Positions 11,031-24,439 of a DNA stretch of 64,000 nucleotides are shown here, piece after piece. Below the pieces are notes generated by a model, which was not told the origin of the DNA, searched no databases, and worked only from the letters and a program-made list of their open reading frames with translations. Origin of the DNA: Camelus dromedarius (lineage: Eukaryota); assembly GCF_036321535.1 (NCBI RefSeq), contig NC_087437.1:68698001-68762000 (forward strand), written 5' to 3'. Each line of letters opens with the position of its first letter. The stretch's first letter is position 1. The translations under genes and the position numbers were made by a program.

Positions 11031-14002
11031 TGCCATGTCACCAACTAAGCACTGGTCTCTGTGGCTGGTAGTTTGGACGTTTAGCAGCAGCAAGAGCTAG
11101 ATCAGGCTTGCCATAACTGCATAAGTGTTTTTCTCAAGACAGTTACAATACCGTAGGGTCTGATGCGTCGTATGGTCCAAGTGGCAGGATTGCAAGCAAG
11201 GTAGCTAAGATCTGCTTGAGAGCTCTTTCCTTCTCCCAGCCCTCTCATAGCTGTCACCTTTTCATATCACACAGGAAATGAGTCAGAACAGTTTTTCAAG
11301 TGTAAAATATTCTTCTGCCTGAAATCAAAGAGGCCTAGCTGACATTATGCCTTGTGGCGAGAGGTGCAAGATGCTATAACGTGTCTTTTCCTTTAGCTTG
11401 GTCAAGATGACAGAACCCCTAAAAATTTGCTAATATGGCGCATCCCTGAATCTTTGGAGCTTACTTCTCTTACCAAAGCCTCTAATATTTTTTGCTTTTT
11501 GAGTTCATTTAAAATAGTCTCAAGATAGTGGACACATAGTGGATAAATGTGATCTGTGGCATGTCTCAGTGATCCAAATACATTTGGAGTAAATTATGAC
11601 AGAGGGTGAGATATTTAACAAGCCCTCTGACAAGATTATAATGCTTTTGTTTTTCCAACGTGAATGTGAACCACTTCTCGTTTTCCTTCCTGATAAAGAT
11701 GGAAAAGAACGCATCTACCAAATCAATGGCTACATATGCCACATACCTGAGGCTATGTTGGAGTGTTCTAACAGATTACCACATTTTGTTCAGCAGCTGC
11801 AACTGAGCATCACTTGGTTGTTTTGGTGGTTCACTGTCATCCTTCAGAATCCTGTTTTTTGTTGGGGCCAAACTAGTGAATAAATGGAGATATGATGGGA
11901 ACAACCACCTCTGCATACTCTAAGGGTGGCCCCTAATTCTGACAGTCTTCTCATGATGCAATCTTGTTAATGAATTTCAGTTTTGACTGAGATGGCGGCA
12001 GTTCCAGAGATTTCCGTATCACCTCCCCCACTGTGATAGCTCTTATCAGATCAAGGAACCTACGTGGATATCCTGTCAGCTACTAAGTATGTCCGTTTCA
12101 ATTCCATTTGAGTTACAATTACAAATTACAAATGTGAGTTGACCTGGGTCAGGACTCTGATGCCTAGCGCATGTGTGCACCCTACTTACATGGGGCCATT
12201 GTGATGCTTCAGGTCAATGCGTAATAATGCCAGTTTGGACCTTCGTCCAAGACTCCTAGAAATCTCTAGGTACCCTCATTTCCCCAGTGTGTGATGACTT
12301 AAGTCGGTGTCTATAGGCCATGAGTAAGAGCTAAGTGTCAGTATCCCTCCTGATAGAGACCCAGCCTCTTCTTCAGCCAGAGGGCTCCAGGTCTGAGAAC
12401 TAGCCCAGTTCTGAAAACTGGACTTGAGTTAGTGACTTTTTATATTAGCTGTCACCCTCAGCCTTCTGATCAAATATCTGAATGTTGTCATTGTTGTTGT
12501 AGATTGAGCAACACGTTTATTGGCTACCCATCTGATTTGGTCCTAGGGATTGTGTTCTACTAACCATTTTATACCTCTGTGTGGGTCAGACCCGCTTGCA
12601 TCCCAAACCACCATCCTCCAGCCTGACTGCTACTTTGACAACGCCATTCATTACAGTAACTGTACATACTACCTTGCATCTGAGGGTTTAGGGCTCCTTC
12701 CTGGCCTCTGTTATTTGCGGATCCAGCCATTTTTATTGCTATTAGAGACAGCAATTTTTTTAATATGATCTCGTACCATCAGCCCTGTGTGGAGAATGGC
12801 CATCACTGTGATTATTGATGCTGGTGTCTTTCTTACCAGCAAATCCCATATTGCTTCGGTAAAGAAACTATACCATGGAATACAGTCATCTGCTAGGCTC
12901 CCTGACCTCGGATATCCACTTCTCTGAACTCTTCTGCCGTTTACCGTGAAAGACTTAGCATTTCTACTCAGTATGGACCATCACTTTATCCAACCTTCCT
13001 AAGTTACCCTAGGATCATCATCTCCCAGTGTCCTTGCTAGCGTGTTAAATCCTGTATCATGGGAGAATGCCACCATATTAGTAAACTCTTACCCAACTTT
13101 ATTTTTCGTTTTTATTGATCAGCATCTTCAAGATCCGGTTCCAGAAATACTACCTCATAGGATCTAGGCCCATATGTTCAACCCCAGCTCCTGCCAGTAC
13201 CTGTTAGCAAAATACTGAAGCTCCTTCAAAGTATTATCACATCATATCAACCCTATTTCCCCTAATTGGCTCAACACCTCCCTGGCCAGTTTATGTTGAA
13301 ATTTGCTCCTGGTTATTTGCCTGACCTCTGAGAGAAGTGGTGGTAGCTCTCAGAGGGCTTGTTGTCTTGCAAAAGAAGAGCTTTCGTGTTATTTTCAAAT
13401 AAGGGATAAATTTATATAGCAGGTGAGCATGGGATTCTTTTGGAGGCCCAGGATGCTTTGAGGATCCTAAGAAGTCAACAGTGTTTGACAGCCCAAGCCA
13501 GATGCCCCACCCTCACTCTCAGAGTCCCACTATTAACCTTGGTAGTGGACTTGGTAGGGCTGGGAATTCAACTTTACCTGGAGCTCTGCTGCTCTTGTAA
13601 TTAAGTCTCGGGTCGATCCTCAGTTTTTACACCCTCTGTCTGTCAGAGAAGAGAGTCCACGTGTGGCCAAGAAGGCCTCCTGGTATTCACACTTTCTCTA
13701 GTGTTGATGATTAATTAATCACCTTTAGCCTTTTGTTGTCTTTCTCCAAGGCACAGATGGTCCCCAGCAATAGTCATCTGATTCCATAGTCCTTATAATT
13801 ATTATTTCCCCAGACCTCTCAGACCTGAGATTCTGCATCTGCACTGCTGAAAGTTTTAACAACTGTACTGTAACCATATGCCAGGGGCTGTCAGTGCTCA
13901 ACCTGCCACTAGAGCTGAGGGACTCACTGTCAGCACTCTAGTGAGTAATCCGGCTCCCAGATCCTGTTTTAAAGTCTTTCCTAGGCTCACTTCTGGTATC
14001 AA
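11031..14002 (-). mobile_element. ERV-L internal region (gag/pro/RT/IN remnants, defective)
   Basis: Minus-strand peptides: protease FLGVLDEG/SKLALLRIDLKHHNGP (~12190-12265); RT SLVWPQQKTGF*RMTVNH (~11825-11880) and AYVAIDLVDAFFSIFIRKENEKWFTFT (~11655-11740); IN LALAAAKRPNYQPQRPVLS (~11050-11100). Confidence 0.88.
13985..14001 (-). promoter_or_regulatory. Primer-binding site, tRNA-Leu type
   Basis: Minus strand TGATACCAGAAGTGAG immediately after the 5' LTR resembles TGGTGTCAGAAGTGGG, the complement of the tRNA-Leu 3' end. Confidence 0.7.
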
Positions 14003-14390
14003 CAGTTTAAGTCAGGTTTCCTGAGAAAGAGACTCAAACAGGAATCACTTACAGAGGTTTTGGGGAGGCTCTTGGAAACAACATCTGTGAGGGCAAGTGG
14101 GACTGGGCAGAGGGTAAAGTTGAGTGAAAGGCAACGAGACAGCAAAGGCCTCAGCCAAAGCTAGGATGGCCCCCTTTACCCAGCTAAAGCCAGGGAACCA
14201 GGCATTTCTATCACCAGTTGTTAGGTGTTGCCCATGGGAAAGAAGTATAACCTTGGGTGAAGTACTTCAGCAAGATTTTACTGGAGAGGGACTCAGCTAT
14301 GAGCCATCAGCAACCTGGCACACCTCCAGGCACCTGGGACACTGAATATATTGGTCCTAAAGGATTATCATGGATGTGCGTGACAGTGGG
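14003..14390 (-). mobile_element. ERV-L 5' LTR (LTR16-like)
   Basis: taagtcaggtttcctgagaaagagactc...ggaaacaacatctgtgagg...gggactgggcagagggtaaagttg parallels 10757-10900. Confidence 0.8.
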
Positions 14391-16479
14391 CCCTCATCAT
14401 TTCCTATGTATGTATTTCCTAAAGTATATATACTTCATGAATTTTTTACATGTTGTTGCATGTATTTTTGTATATTTCTTCATAGCAACCAAGTGGACAC
14501 CCTTCTAAATAAAACCGCTCATTCTGCCCATGCCCAATGCATATACATATACTTTTTTTTTTTTTTAACCTATTATAGCTTTTCAGTCATTTCCCTGGCG
14601 TTCCGACATTATCCAAGTAGTAGGCACCAGGAATTAAACAGCATGGCTCAAAGGGGATGGATGTGGTTGTGAACTGTAGGAATTTTGCTGGCTCGCAGCT
14701 CCCTGATGCTTTGGAAGTGCTTTAATGCACTGCTCTGCTGCAAAATATTGACTCTAAAACCCTTCTGCCCTGGAATAGATCCACACAGGAAAAAGCTCAG
14801 GAATCTGTTTCTTCCTTAACAATTCAACAGCTGTTATATGGTCAGGGGAGTTTTGTTGTGGTGGTTGTGGCTATTGGGGTGCATTCAAGGGGGAAGTCCA
14901 TAGATATAATGTCTAAGGAGATAAGAAATTACTTTCAAAATTAAGGGAAATTCGGTAGAAGAGAGATTTTTCTAATATTCAGTTGGCAAAACTATGAAAC
15001 TATTGTAAGAAATGTTTGTCAGAATCCCCCTTCTTAGCATGCCATTATGGGGAAATGGCACTGAATTAACCAGTGACTTCTAGCTTCTAGTCCAATGTTC
15101 CTTCTTATACAGACCAGATAACATAAACAGGCAACCCCCACATACTCAGTTTCAAAGATTTAGCCTGAAATAAATAGTAAGTTAGCTCTTTTCTTATGTT
15201 TCTCCATTATGTGCACAATTTATTAGTGTAATTGACAGAAAATATGGGTCATGCTTTTCTAATTGGAGTTCTCTTGCTCTAATCTCCGTCACCACTTAAC
15301 AAGTAATTGAACAGACCGGGTCCAAGGCTTCAGTATTTGCTCATTTGCTATAGATTAGTATCAGAATCCTGAGAGCTAAAGTGTAGCAGCATAAAAATCA
15401 TACTCCTAACTTGATGTTTGCCTCTGGTCCATGTTCCTTCTAGACTTTTTCTGCCTTCACTATACAAGAGTCCCCATAAACAGTATATCATGACTCTGGG
15501 GTACATATACAGACCGTCTGCTGTTAGACTCAAATAAATTCCGTAATATACTTAATCTGACCCAAATTTTCCAATATAATGAGTTACTGTTCTGCAAAAC
15601 CAAATAATATTTTTTACGCTTTTTAACCTGTCATTCTGAAGTCAGCATCAGTGTTGAAAATTAGTATGCCATGTTTTATTTATCATAAGACATTAAATGA
15701 CCGAGGAACCGAATGATATTCTGAACATTGAGGGTTTGCAGACCTTTCTCCTCTCCACACTGTGCTCCTTGGCTGAAATCCACTGCCCTTAAAGGGCACT
15801 CACATCCTGTTTGTTCATCCCTTATCTCTCTCCTGTTCCCACAGCCACACTGACACATCTGTGACCAAAGTCCTTGAACAGCAACTGCTTTTTCTAGCCT
15901 CCTTGATGAAGCATCCTGGATGCTAGAGGCTTGAGCTAACCCGATCTTCCTATTCAGCAGCTGTGAATAAGAGCACGAGAGAAGATCATTCTCTTGCTTC
16001 TAGCAGAGCGGGAGTGGAGGGGGTGGTGTGGGGGGTGGGGGTGGAAAGAGGATGAGAAAGATGAGAATGACTCCCAAGTTAGATATTGTAGCAAGTTCTT
16101 GCTTTTATGCACCCTTCTACTCCCAAACACTGCAATGTTAGACAAAGAAAATATGAGATAATTAAGTAACGTAGCTTCACCTAAAAATTAGGTAAGTTTC
16201 TCTGAAAGAGAAACACTAGAAACAAAGCAGTGCAACAGATTGAAGTCTCCGGGCTCCAGGTCCAGTGCAGTGCATTCTAAGGGCGAATCACTTGAGGTAA
16301 GGGGCTAAGTGCTGGGATCACAACCTGACTGCGGGCTGGGGCTCCTGGGCTTGCCAAAGAAGGGCGAAACAAAGCAGGAGCTAACTGTTCCTTGAGGCTA
16401 AGTTCATCTAAAGCTGCTTACCCAGGTGGGCAGGAGATATACACAGGAAGTCTCAATACCTAATGTAAGGTCTTTACCA

Positions 16480-18295
16480 AAAACCTATAAAACTCATACT
16501 GAAGCTTTAGAAACTTTTTCTTTAAAACCAGGAAGAGAATAAAGATGGACACTATTTCCACTGTTCATTCTTTCAGAGGTCCTAGCCAGGACAGTAAGGC
16601 AAGAAAAGAAATAAAAGCTCTAAGGATTCGAAGGTTAGTTAAAAAACAAACAGCCAAACAAAAAACTCTTACAACTTTGATTATTCGCATGCACCTACAT
16701 AGAAAAAAAAAGTTATTATCAATAAGCGAGTTCAGTCAGTTTACTAGGTAGAAAAATCAATATACAAAAATCAACAACTTTCCTATACAAATGCAAACAA
16801 AAATACAATTATTTTTATGACAGTATTTATAATAACAATAGAAGATATAAATTACCTGAGGAAAAAAAACAAAGGATGTGTGAAACTCTGATTTAAAAAA
16901 AAGAAAAATATTTATTGAAAGGCAAGAATGAAGTATAATCAATGGAGATGTATAGATATCCATTAATAGGACTGAAATAATATAAAAATAGTTAACTAAG
17001 CAACACAATTCCAATCAAAAGCCAAAAAGGTTTTTTACAAAATTTAACAAATATTTCTGAAATATATTTAAAAGTGCAAAGATCTAAGAATAGCTGATGA
17101 CAATTTTGAAAAAGAGTAAGATGATATTTTGGGAGAGAGAACTTGCTTTTCCAAATGCCAAGACATATTATAAAGCTGTAGTTATTAAGATAGAGTGGCA
17201 TTGGCTCAGTGATAGGTGACTAGATTAGCATTTTTAAGACACACTTAACTGTATATAGAAATTTAGTGTATGTAGAAATGAAGTAGCATTTAGTAGATGG
17301 GGGGTAATTTGAGAAGTAATGATGGATTTCAATAAATGGTGTAGAAAAGTTGGCTACATGGAGAATAGTAAAATTAAATCTTTCTATTGTATCATATATT
17401 AAAATGAATTTCAGATGATTAAAAGATAAAATCTGAAAGGCAATATTTAAAAGCTTTTAGAAACAAGTAAGTATTCTTTTTCTGATATAGGAAACGATTT
17501 CTGAAATAAGACCAAAAATATCAGACCATAAAGATGATTTTTATTACATTTTATTACCATCAAATTAGAAATACCATTTACAAAGTTAAAGTATAAGCCA
17601 CTGCCTTTGAGAAGATCTTGCAATTGTTCATAACCTACAAAGATGGTATCAGAGCACATACACAACTCATACAAATCAGTAAAAAAAAGAAAAAAAAGGT
17701 AAATAAATCCAACTAAAAAATGAGCACATGGTATATACAAGTGGGCAAGTTTAAGAACAGAAAATTGAGATGTTTAATAAACATGAAGAGATTCTCAAAC
17801 TTAATCATAATTAGAGAAATGCAAGGTAAAATATTGAGATATGTACCTTTCTCATCCATCAGATTAGAAAAATCATTTAAAAGTCTAACAATACTAAGTC
17901 TTGATGAGAATGTTAGGAAGCAACATATTGTTCATATTGCAGGGAGGAGGGGTTTTGGTTACAATCACATTTAATAGCGATTTGGCAAGATCTTAAGCTG
18001 ATGATGGCATGTATCTCCTATAGCTTATAAAACAGAAAGAAAATACTTAGAGATACAGCTATATAGGTTGAGAACCACTCTCAGGTATGCACGAGGAAAC
18101 GTGTGGATCATGTCAGTGGAGCATTACTTATTCTAGCAGAATGCTGTGACTGACCTAAATGTCCATCAGACAGGGAGTGGATAAATTGACTGTTGCTCAT
18201 GCCTACAATGATTCCTGTCCAACTTTAAATGAATTCGAGCAACGTGGATCAATGTAAGAAAAGCAGTGACAAGCAGAAGAAAAGTTGAAGGGGGT
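16480..18295 (+). mobile_element. Ancient L1 (L1M/L1ME-type) ORF2 RT to 3' region, heavily decayed
   Basis: A-rich L1 motifs: gtcctagccaggacagtaaggcaagaaaaagaaataaaag; aaatcaatatacaaaaatcaaca; MKRFSNLIIIREMQ; cctaaatgtccatcagacagggagtggataaa. Confidence 0.85.
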
Positions 18296-18296
18296 T

Positions 18297-18680
18297 GTGT
18301 TAGTCTGCTAGGATTGCCATGACAGAGTACCACGGCTTGGGTGACTCATACAACAGTTATTTATTTTCTCACAGTTGTGTGAGGCTAGAAGTCCAGGGTC
18401 AAGGTATTGGCAGGTGTGGTCTCTTCGGAGGCCTCTCTGCTTGGCTTGCACATGGCCGCCTTCTTACTGCGTCCTCACATGGTTTTTTCTCTGTGCGCCT
18501 CTCTGGTATTTCTTCCTCTTTTAAGGCCATCAGTTCGATTGATTAGGCCACACCATAACAGTCTCTTTATCTTCATCATCTCCTTAAAGGCCCTATCTCT
18601 AAATACGTTCACATTCCAAGGTTCTGGGGGTTAGGGCTTCAACACATAAATTTGGAGGGGACACAATCCATCCTCAAACC
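18297..18680 (-). mobile_element. MLT1A-like MaLR solo LTR nested in the old L1
   Basis: tgtgttagtctgctagg...tttattttctcacagtt...gaggctagaagtcca...gggggttagggcttcaaca...tttggaggggacacaat. Confidence 0.88.
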
Positions 18681-18689
18681 GGGGCACTA

Positions 18690-18960
18690 TCCCTTATAAA
18701 CTTTAAAAGCATGAAGAACTCAACTGCAGGCTTCTTACCAGTTAAAGCACTTTACAAATAGAAAACTTCAGGAGAGAGATTATCTTCCAGGGTGGAAGTG
18801 AAGAAATGTCATCTATATCTGTACTATTTTATTTCTTTAAAGAAAGAGATCAGGAGCTAACATGGCAAAATGTTAAATAAGTAAAACCAAATGAAGGTGA
18901 TAGATGTGTTCATAATATCATTTGCTGCATTTTTGTACCTTGAACATTTTTCAGTAAGAA
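18690..18960 (+). mobile_element. Old L1 3' UTR continuation
   Basis: tatctgtactattttatttctttaaa...catggcaaaatgttaa...ttttgtaccttgaacattt, L1ME-like end. Confidence 0.55.
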
Positions 18961-21169
18961 GCTGACCAGTGAGATCTCCATATTGAAACAGTAGAGCTAT
19001 GATTGAGGGGAGAAAAAAAAAAACATGCGTGTAGACATCTCCATGGCTTTCCTGGCCCAGTTCCCCAGTCCCCACGTGCAGCTGCAGACGTCACTAAAGC
19101 ACATTTACTAGGGAGGTTAGTAGGTGGCATCTCAGAGACTAGTGGCAACATTCCTTCACTTTCCTCAGATCCCCATTTTTCATCTTTTAATGAGAAAAAA
19201 GCATTTTCTAGCCATTTAAAAAATAGGTTTAAAAATTCAAAAGCATAAGAAGACTTAAGTGTGATAGAGTGTTGGTAATGTTTAGAAGTTGGTGTCAATG
19301 CCTTTTGTCTTTTGATTAGGTAAAGGAGAGATTCGCAAAGCAGGAAGGTGTGTTGCGTCTAGAGGAAAACAAAGTTGTAAGTTTTGGGCTTGGAAAGAGG
19401 GGACAAAAAGAGCGGCTGGAGATGTCATAGGAAAACTAGCAACTTGACAACTATCACAAGTTTCCATGCTTCCATGCACAGTACCTGAGAAAACAGAAAC
19501 TGTGCAAATGGTGTCCAGCAAGGTGACATCAGCAGGCATCTTCCTGAGAATGTCATTCAGGGCTGACCGAGACTCTTGACAGTCTGCGCCCTCTGGCACA
19601 ATGCCAATGAGACCACGCTTCAAGGTCATCCTGTACTTGCTCTGTCCTCCAGGGAAACCCGCAGGCCAGTGCAGTTAGTTACACTAACAGCCAAGGAAAT
19701 TATATGGGCCTGCTGTGGCCTACCGAGATGAATATCTCTTTTCCTTAGTCACAGGGGGATGCTAATGGTATTTTTATTAACTTGTGACCTGTTGACTGCT
19801 ATTAGAATATAGATTGTATGCATAAACCAGGTTGAATATTATAGATACGATGATAGAGCAATTACGGTGGCACTCACAGGGCTTCTAATCATCATTGGCA
19901 AAGAGAATTTGTAAGACTTGAAACTGCTTTTTGTAGTTCTACAAGAAGAAATACTCGGGATCAAAGTTTATATCGTCTCTTTGTGTCTTCTTGAAATTGC
20001 AGCTTTTGATTTCTCTGATTAGACTGGCAAACAAAGGCAGATTTTAAAAGAGAAGAAAAACTACAAAGGAGGGACGATGATTAGAGTAATCTTAGGTTTC
20101 TGCAGCTCAAGGTTGAAAAATTTCCCTACTGAAATTGTAGGGAAATTTGATTAGAAATATATACAATTGGCCAGCAAGTCTGTTTGTCCAGGTATCCCTA
20201 ATAGTTGGCGACCAGATTATATTCTCATCTATTATTTTAGTAATATGAAAATTCACTTCTGTAATTGTGTACCATGTGGTATGATACATAGCATTAAGTA
20301 CTTCAGTCATGTTTTTTATAGTCACTTATTAATGGTAGTGCCATCGAGGTTGCCAAAATGTCTTCAGAGTCGATATCTAAGGATGCTGATTTTTATTCTG
20401 CGAAGTGCATTATTTATTCTGCAAAGTGCATTATTTATAATCACAACACTTCTCCCCCTTAGTTGAAGGAGAGTTTATGCAACCCCTTTTAAACTGCTAC
20501 CTCTTGCATGTAGGGTGAGATCAGAAGGGACAAATGGTACCATTAACACAGTAAATTACAGTATTAACTGACATGACTGGAAGCAGAAAATACTGTATGT
20601 GAAATCTTGCCATCCTAATTTTGAAGTCACACATGCCTTAGATAAAGAAGAAAAATAATAATTTGCCCTTCCAGGTTCTTAGCTCAATGAAATGTTTGAA
20701 CTCTCTGAGCTAGAGTCAGTTCGACGTGAACTTTAGTCAGTCTACTTTCAAATGCGTCTATTCAAGAGCAGAGAAAGCAGGCATTGAAAGCAGAAGAGGA
20801 CTGCATTTGAGTCCCTGGGGTTCTGGGCAAGGAAAACTCACAATGTATACAATTGATCTTCCGTCCCAGGACTGACACTTCCACTGATCTCTCCATGATC
20901 GCCATTGTACCCTTTCCTCTTCTGTACACTGCTAGAAATAAGATCATCTCAGAGATAAAGCCACTTATTTGGGGTAGTTTGTATTGAAAATAAAGCTATA
21001 TTCTGCTATTGGTGTCCTGCTGAGATAACTGTTTTTCAAGGTTTTAAAATAAAATATTTATCTTATTTAAAGGTAAATTTAATTGTTTTCATGACAGCGT
21101 AAGCATAAAAGATAACACAAATAAAAAACTGGATGATAATACATAGTAATGCAGATGTACTTTTCAGGA

Positions 21170-21385
21170 ACAAGCATTGGAAAAATCATGGACTTTGGGA
21201 TCAGACAGCCTGGTTAAAGCTTTAACTTTGCCATCTGTTGACAATGTGATATTGGGCACATTATTTAACGTATCTGGGCCTTGGTACAAGTCATCCTTTT
21301 CCTGTAAATTTATCCTGAAAATTAAATGAATATAGAACATAGAGCACACCTGGCAGTGTCTGGGACACAAAATACCCTCAACTCC
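21170..21385 (+). mobile_element. MIR SINE
   Basis: atggactttgggatcagacagcctggtt...gtgatattgggcacattatttaac...agagcacacctggca. Confidence 0.75.
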
Positions 21386-23619
21386 ATCACTACACTTTCC
21401 CTTCCCTTTTCATATCTCTTCCTCTTGCTAAACTTTAAAACTTTAAGTGCATAGAATGCCACATTTTAAGTGAATGACTAGAGGTTAGAAGGAGGTCAAA
21501 TGGCTTTCAGCATAGTTTTAAAAATGTAATAGAAAAACATATTTGCAGACTGTAAAGAAAGAGTAATTAAGCTTTGACTGTTTAATATCATCTTCTTCCA
21601 TTTGATTATTTCTCTCTTTCTGTAACTTCACCAAAAAGGCCAGGGAGAAGTTATTCTCATCTCTTTAACTTTCGCCATAATAGGGACATATATAGTACAG
21701 GTATCAGCCTTTTTTTTTTTAAAGTCCTAATGTTTAAATACATATTTTCTTAACTGGTTTGGTTTTACCTCTTTTACTTCATTTTTCTTCTGGTGCCTTC
21801 CACCAAGCAAATTAAATAGTCAAAAAGAAGAATCTGGAGAAAAAGTAGAGCCCTATACTGCGTAGATGCCCACGAAGTCCTAGAAGAAGGAAGTAAATTT
21901 TATAGCAGTAGAGTGGCATGAATAGGAACAGTCATCTCGTAATTATTTTAGAGTCTCTATTAACATAATTAAGCAGGATATAATACCGCGTACAGACACA
22001 GTTTACTCTCTCTTGCTTATTTTTGTTTACCCAGCTTGTCTACAGCCCTGCAGGAAGCCTTTTAAAACAAAACTATCAATTAATTCCCTTAGTACTGGGA
22101 AGATGAAAATGAGGGAGGCTAGCACATTATGGGTAGGTTCTCTGCACCAGGCTGAGGAGAGATACAAATGGGGTTAAAGAATTAACAGGAGTTTGATTGG
22201 GAAAAGAACTCCATTTGTTTCAGCTTTTGTAGGTCAGATCTTCCTCCGTGGCTTGTGTGTTCTGTATGTTATAGGTTAACAAATTATCTAATATACTAGT
22301 ATTTTAAGTATATCAATATGTTCTGTGAATTTGGGTTTGTCTGTGCCATCGCTCCCCTCCATTACTGCGGATATTTGCGCCAAAATGAACATTATATTGA
22401 ATTAAAAATATCATGAGCTGGCTATCGGTATGTAGGGTGGGACTCTCTGATTCAGCAGAAATTGCCTTCCTATTCCAGAAAAAATAGATCAGTGCCATGT
22501 CAAGCCTGTTATATTATGGTTTTTGTATTTAAATAGTGAAAGTGGATTCACTATAGGGAAAAATGAATTTACAGCTAAGGCAGAAGAAAGGCATCTTCTA
22601 TGGCACAGTGAAGGTATGACATTGCTCCCCGGAGTGAAAACTCACTGTCCTCTCAATGCTCAAGGACTTGCCTTTAGGGAAGTTATCCAATGTAATGAGA
22701 GGGTACTTAATTCCTTTTTGTGACTGTTAGTCTTGGGTTTCTGCTGAAAATTCTAATACTGTTGCACTTAGAGGACAATCTGTTTAGACTCATTCCTCAG
22801 CCTCTATCCACCGAAATCCAACTCAAGGATGACAGTTCGTTAGCATCGATTCCAAATAGCCTGCAAATGACACATTGGAGCCAGGGCAAAAGAAAAAAAT
22901 AGATTTGGTATTTCAATTGAAATCTCTAATATTTTATATTTCCATTGTGATTCAGACTGCTTCTGTGCCAGTCAAGTTTCATTAATTTTTTTTTAAATTT
23001 TGTTCCTTTTTCTTTTACTTATTTAGAAGTACCCATTGATCATTATCATGTGAGTGCAGTTATAACTACTACATAAAACAGGGCCAGACTGGACTTGGGA
23101 CTTACAGCTTTGGATCTTCAACCATCCAGCAAGGCGTACGTAGGTTGTTTTCATAATGAGAGTACACGCATTGATAACCATTATCTGGAATGGAAATGAC
23201 GATGCCAGAATGTGACAGCACATTGTTAAACAAAGCAAGTGTTTAGAATGTTTATGGTCAGACCATCGGTTTCTTTGTCCTTTTTTGAAACCCCCACATT
23301 TGAGAAAGACACATGTAAACAAATACTTGCTAAAATAGCTAGGAAAACTAACAATGCTTGGTGTTCATGCTGTTACAAATTACCCCACAAGTGAATGGGT
23401 GTGTGTGAGAGCAGAAGATAATTCTGTGCTTATTATTAATCCTATCCATCTTCCAGAGTGATTTCTGGTTCTCCAAAGGTTGCAGTGCCAGATATTTGGC
23501 CATACTGTGCTATCATGAATGAAATAGGGGACCTTGAAATGACTAAGCGTCTTGCTGGCCTCCCTTCCAGTTCACATCTGTAATGCCTTTACCTTTCTGT
23601 AACATTCTATAACAGTTAC

Positions 23620-24295
23620 TTCTTTTTAACATAAACCTTTTATTGAAGTATAGCATTCATAAAGAAAATGTACAAATCATGAGTGGACACCTTTGTGAAT
23701 TTTCTCAAAAAGAACACACTCAGGTAATCACCACTCAGACCAAGAAAAAGTAGTTGACTAGCATCATGAACCCTCTCTTGCCCCTGCCGATCATCACCTC
23801 ATATCTTCTCCCTGGAGTATAGCTGTTCTGATTTCTGACCCATTAGATTAGTTTGACACATTTTTGAACTTTACATGAATGGAACAATATTCTCTGTGTT
23901 CGAGTCTGACTTCTTTTGGTCAATGTTGTTGTGTAGTGACTGTCCATTCATTTTCATTGCTATATAGTATTCCACTGTGGAATCTAGCACAATCTACTTA
24001 TCCATTTATCCATTCCCCTGTTTATGGACAACTGTGTTGCATGGAAGCAGCAGAACATTGGACTCTCATAAATGCTATGATCATTCTTGTACACATGTTT
24101 TTTTTGATTTTATGTATACATTTATTTGGGACATACCTAAGAGTGGCATTGTTAGTCATAGGTATAAATATATTCAGATTTGTTAGATACTGTTTTAAAA
24201 TGTTAAAGTTTTTCACAATGGTTTTACCCATTTATACTGACAGTGAGTGACAATTCTAGTTTCTCATCAATGACTAGTACAGACTGTTCAGGCTA
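23620..24295 (-). mobile_element. Old L1 3' fragment (L1MC/ME-type)
   Basis: ttttattgaagtatagcattcataaagaaaatgtacaaatcat...ccattcattttcattgctatatagtattccactgtg...acatacctaagagtgg. Confidence 0.8.
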
Positions 24296-24439
24296 TTTTT
24301 TTCTTTCTTTCCAAGAAATGAAACTAAATGCAGATGTTTTACAGTTAGTAATAACAGTAGTGCTAAGATCATGGTACTTTATAGAAATACCTACTAACTG
24401 CCTCTTGTCAGCATGGTCCTTTCCTTCAGTTTGTTAATA

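Noticed and set aside
19282..19629. 115-aa minus-strand ORF in unique sequence
   Set aside because: No recognisable homology or convincing exon structure; length compatible with chance
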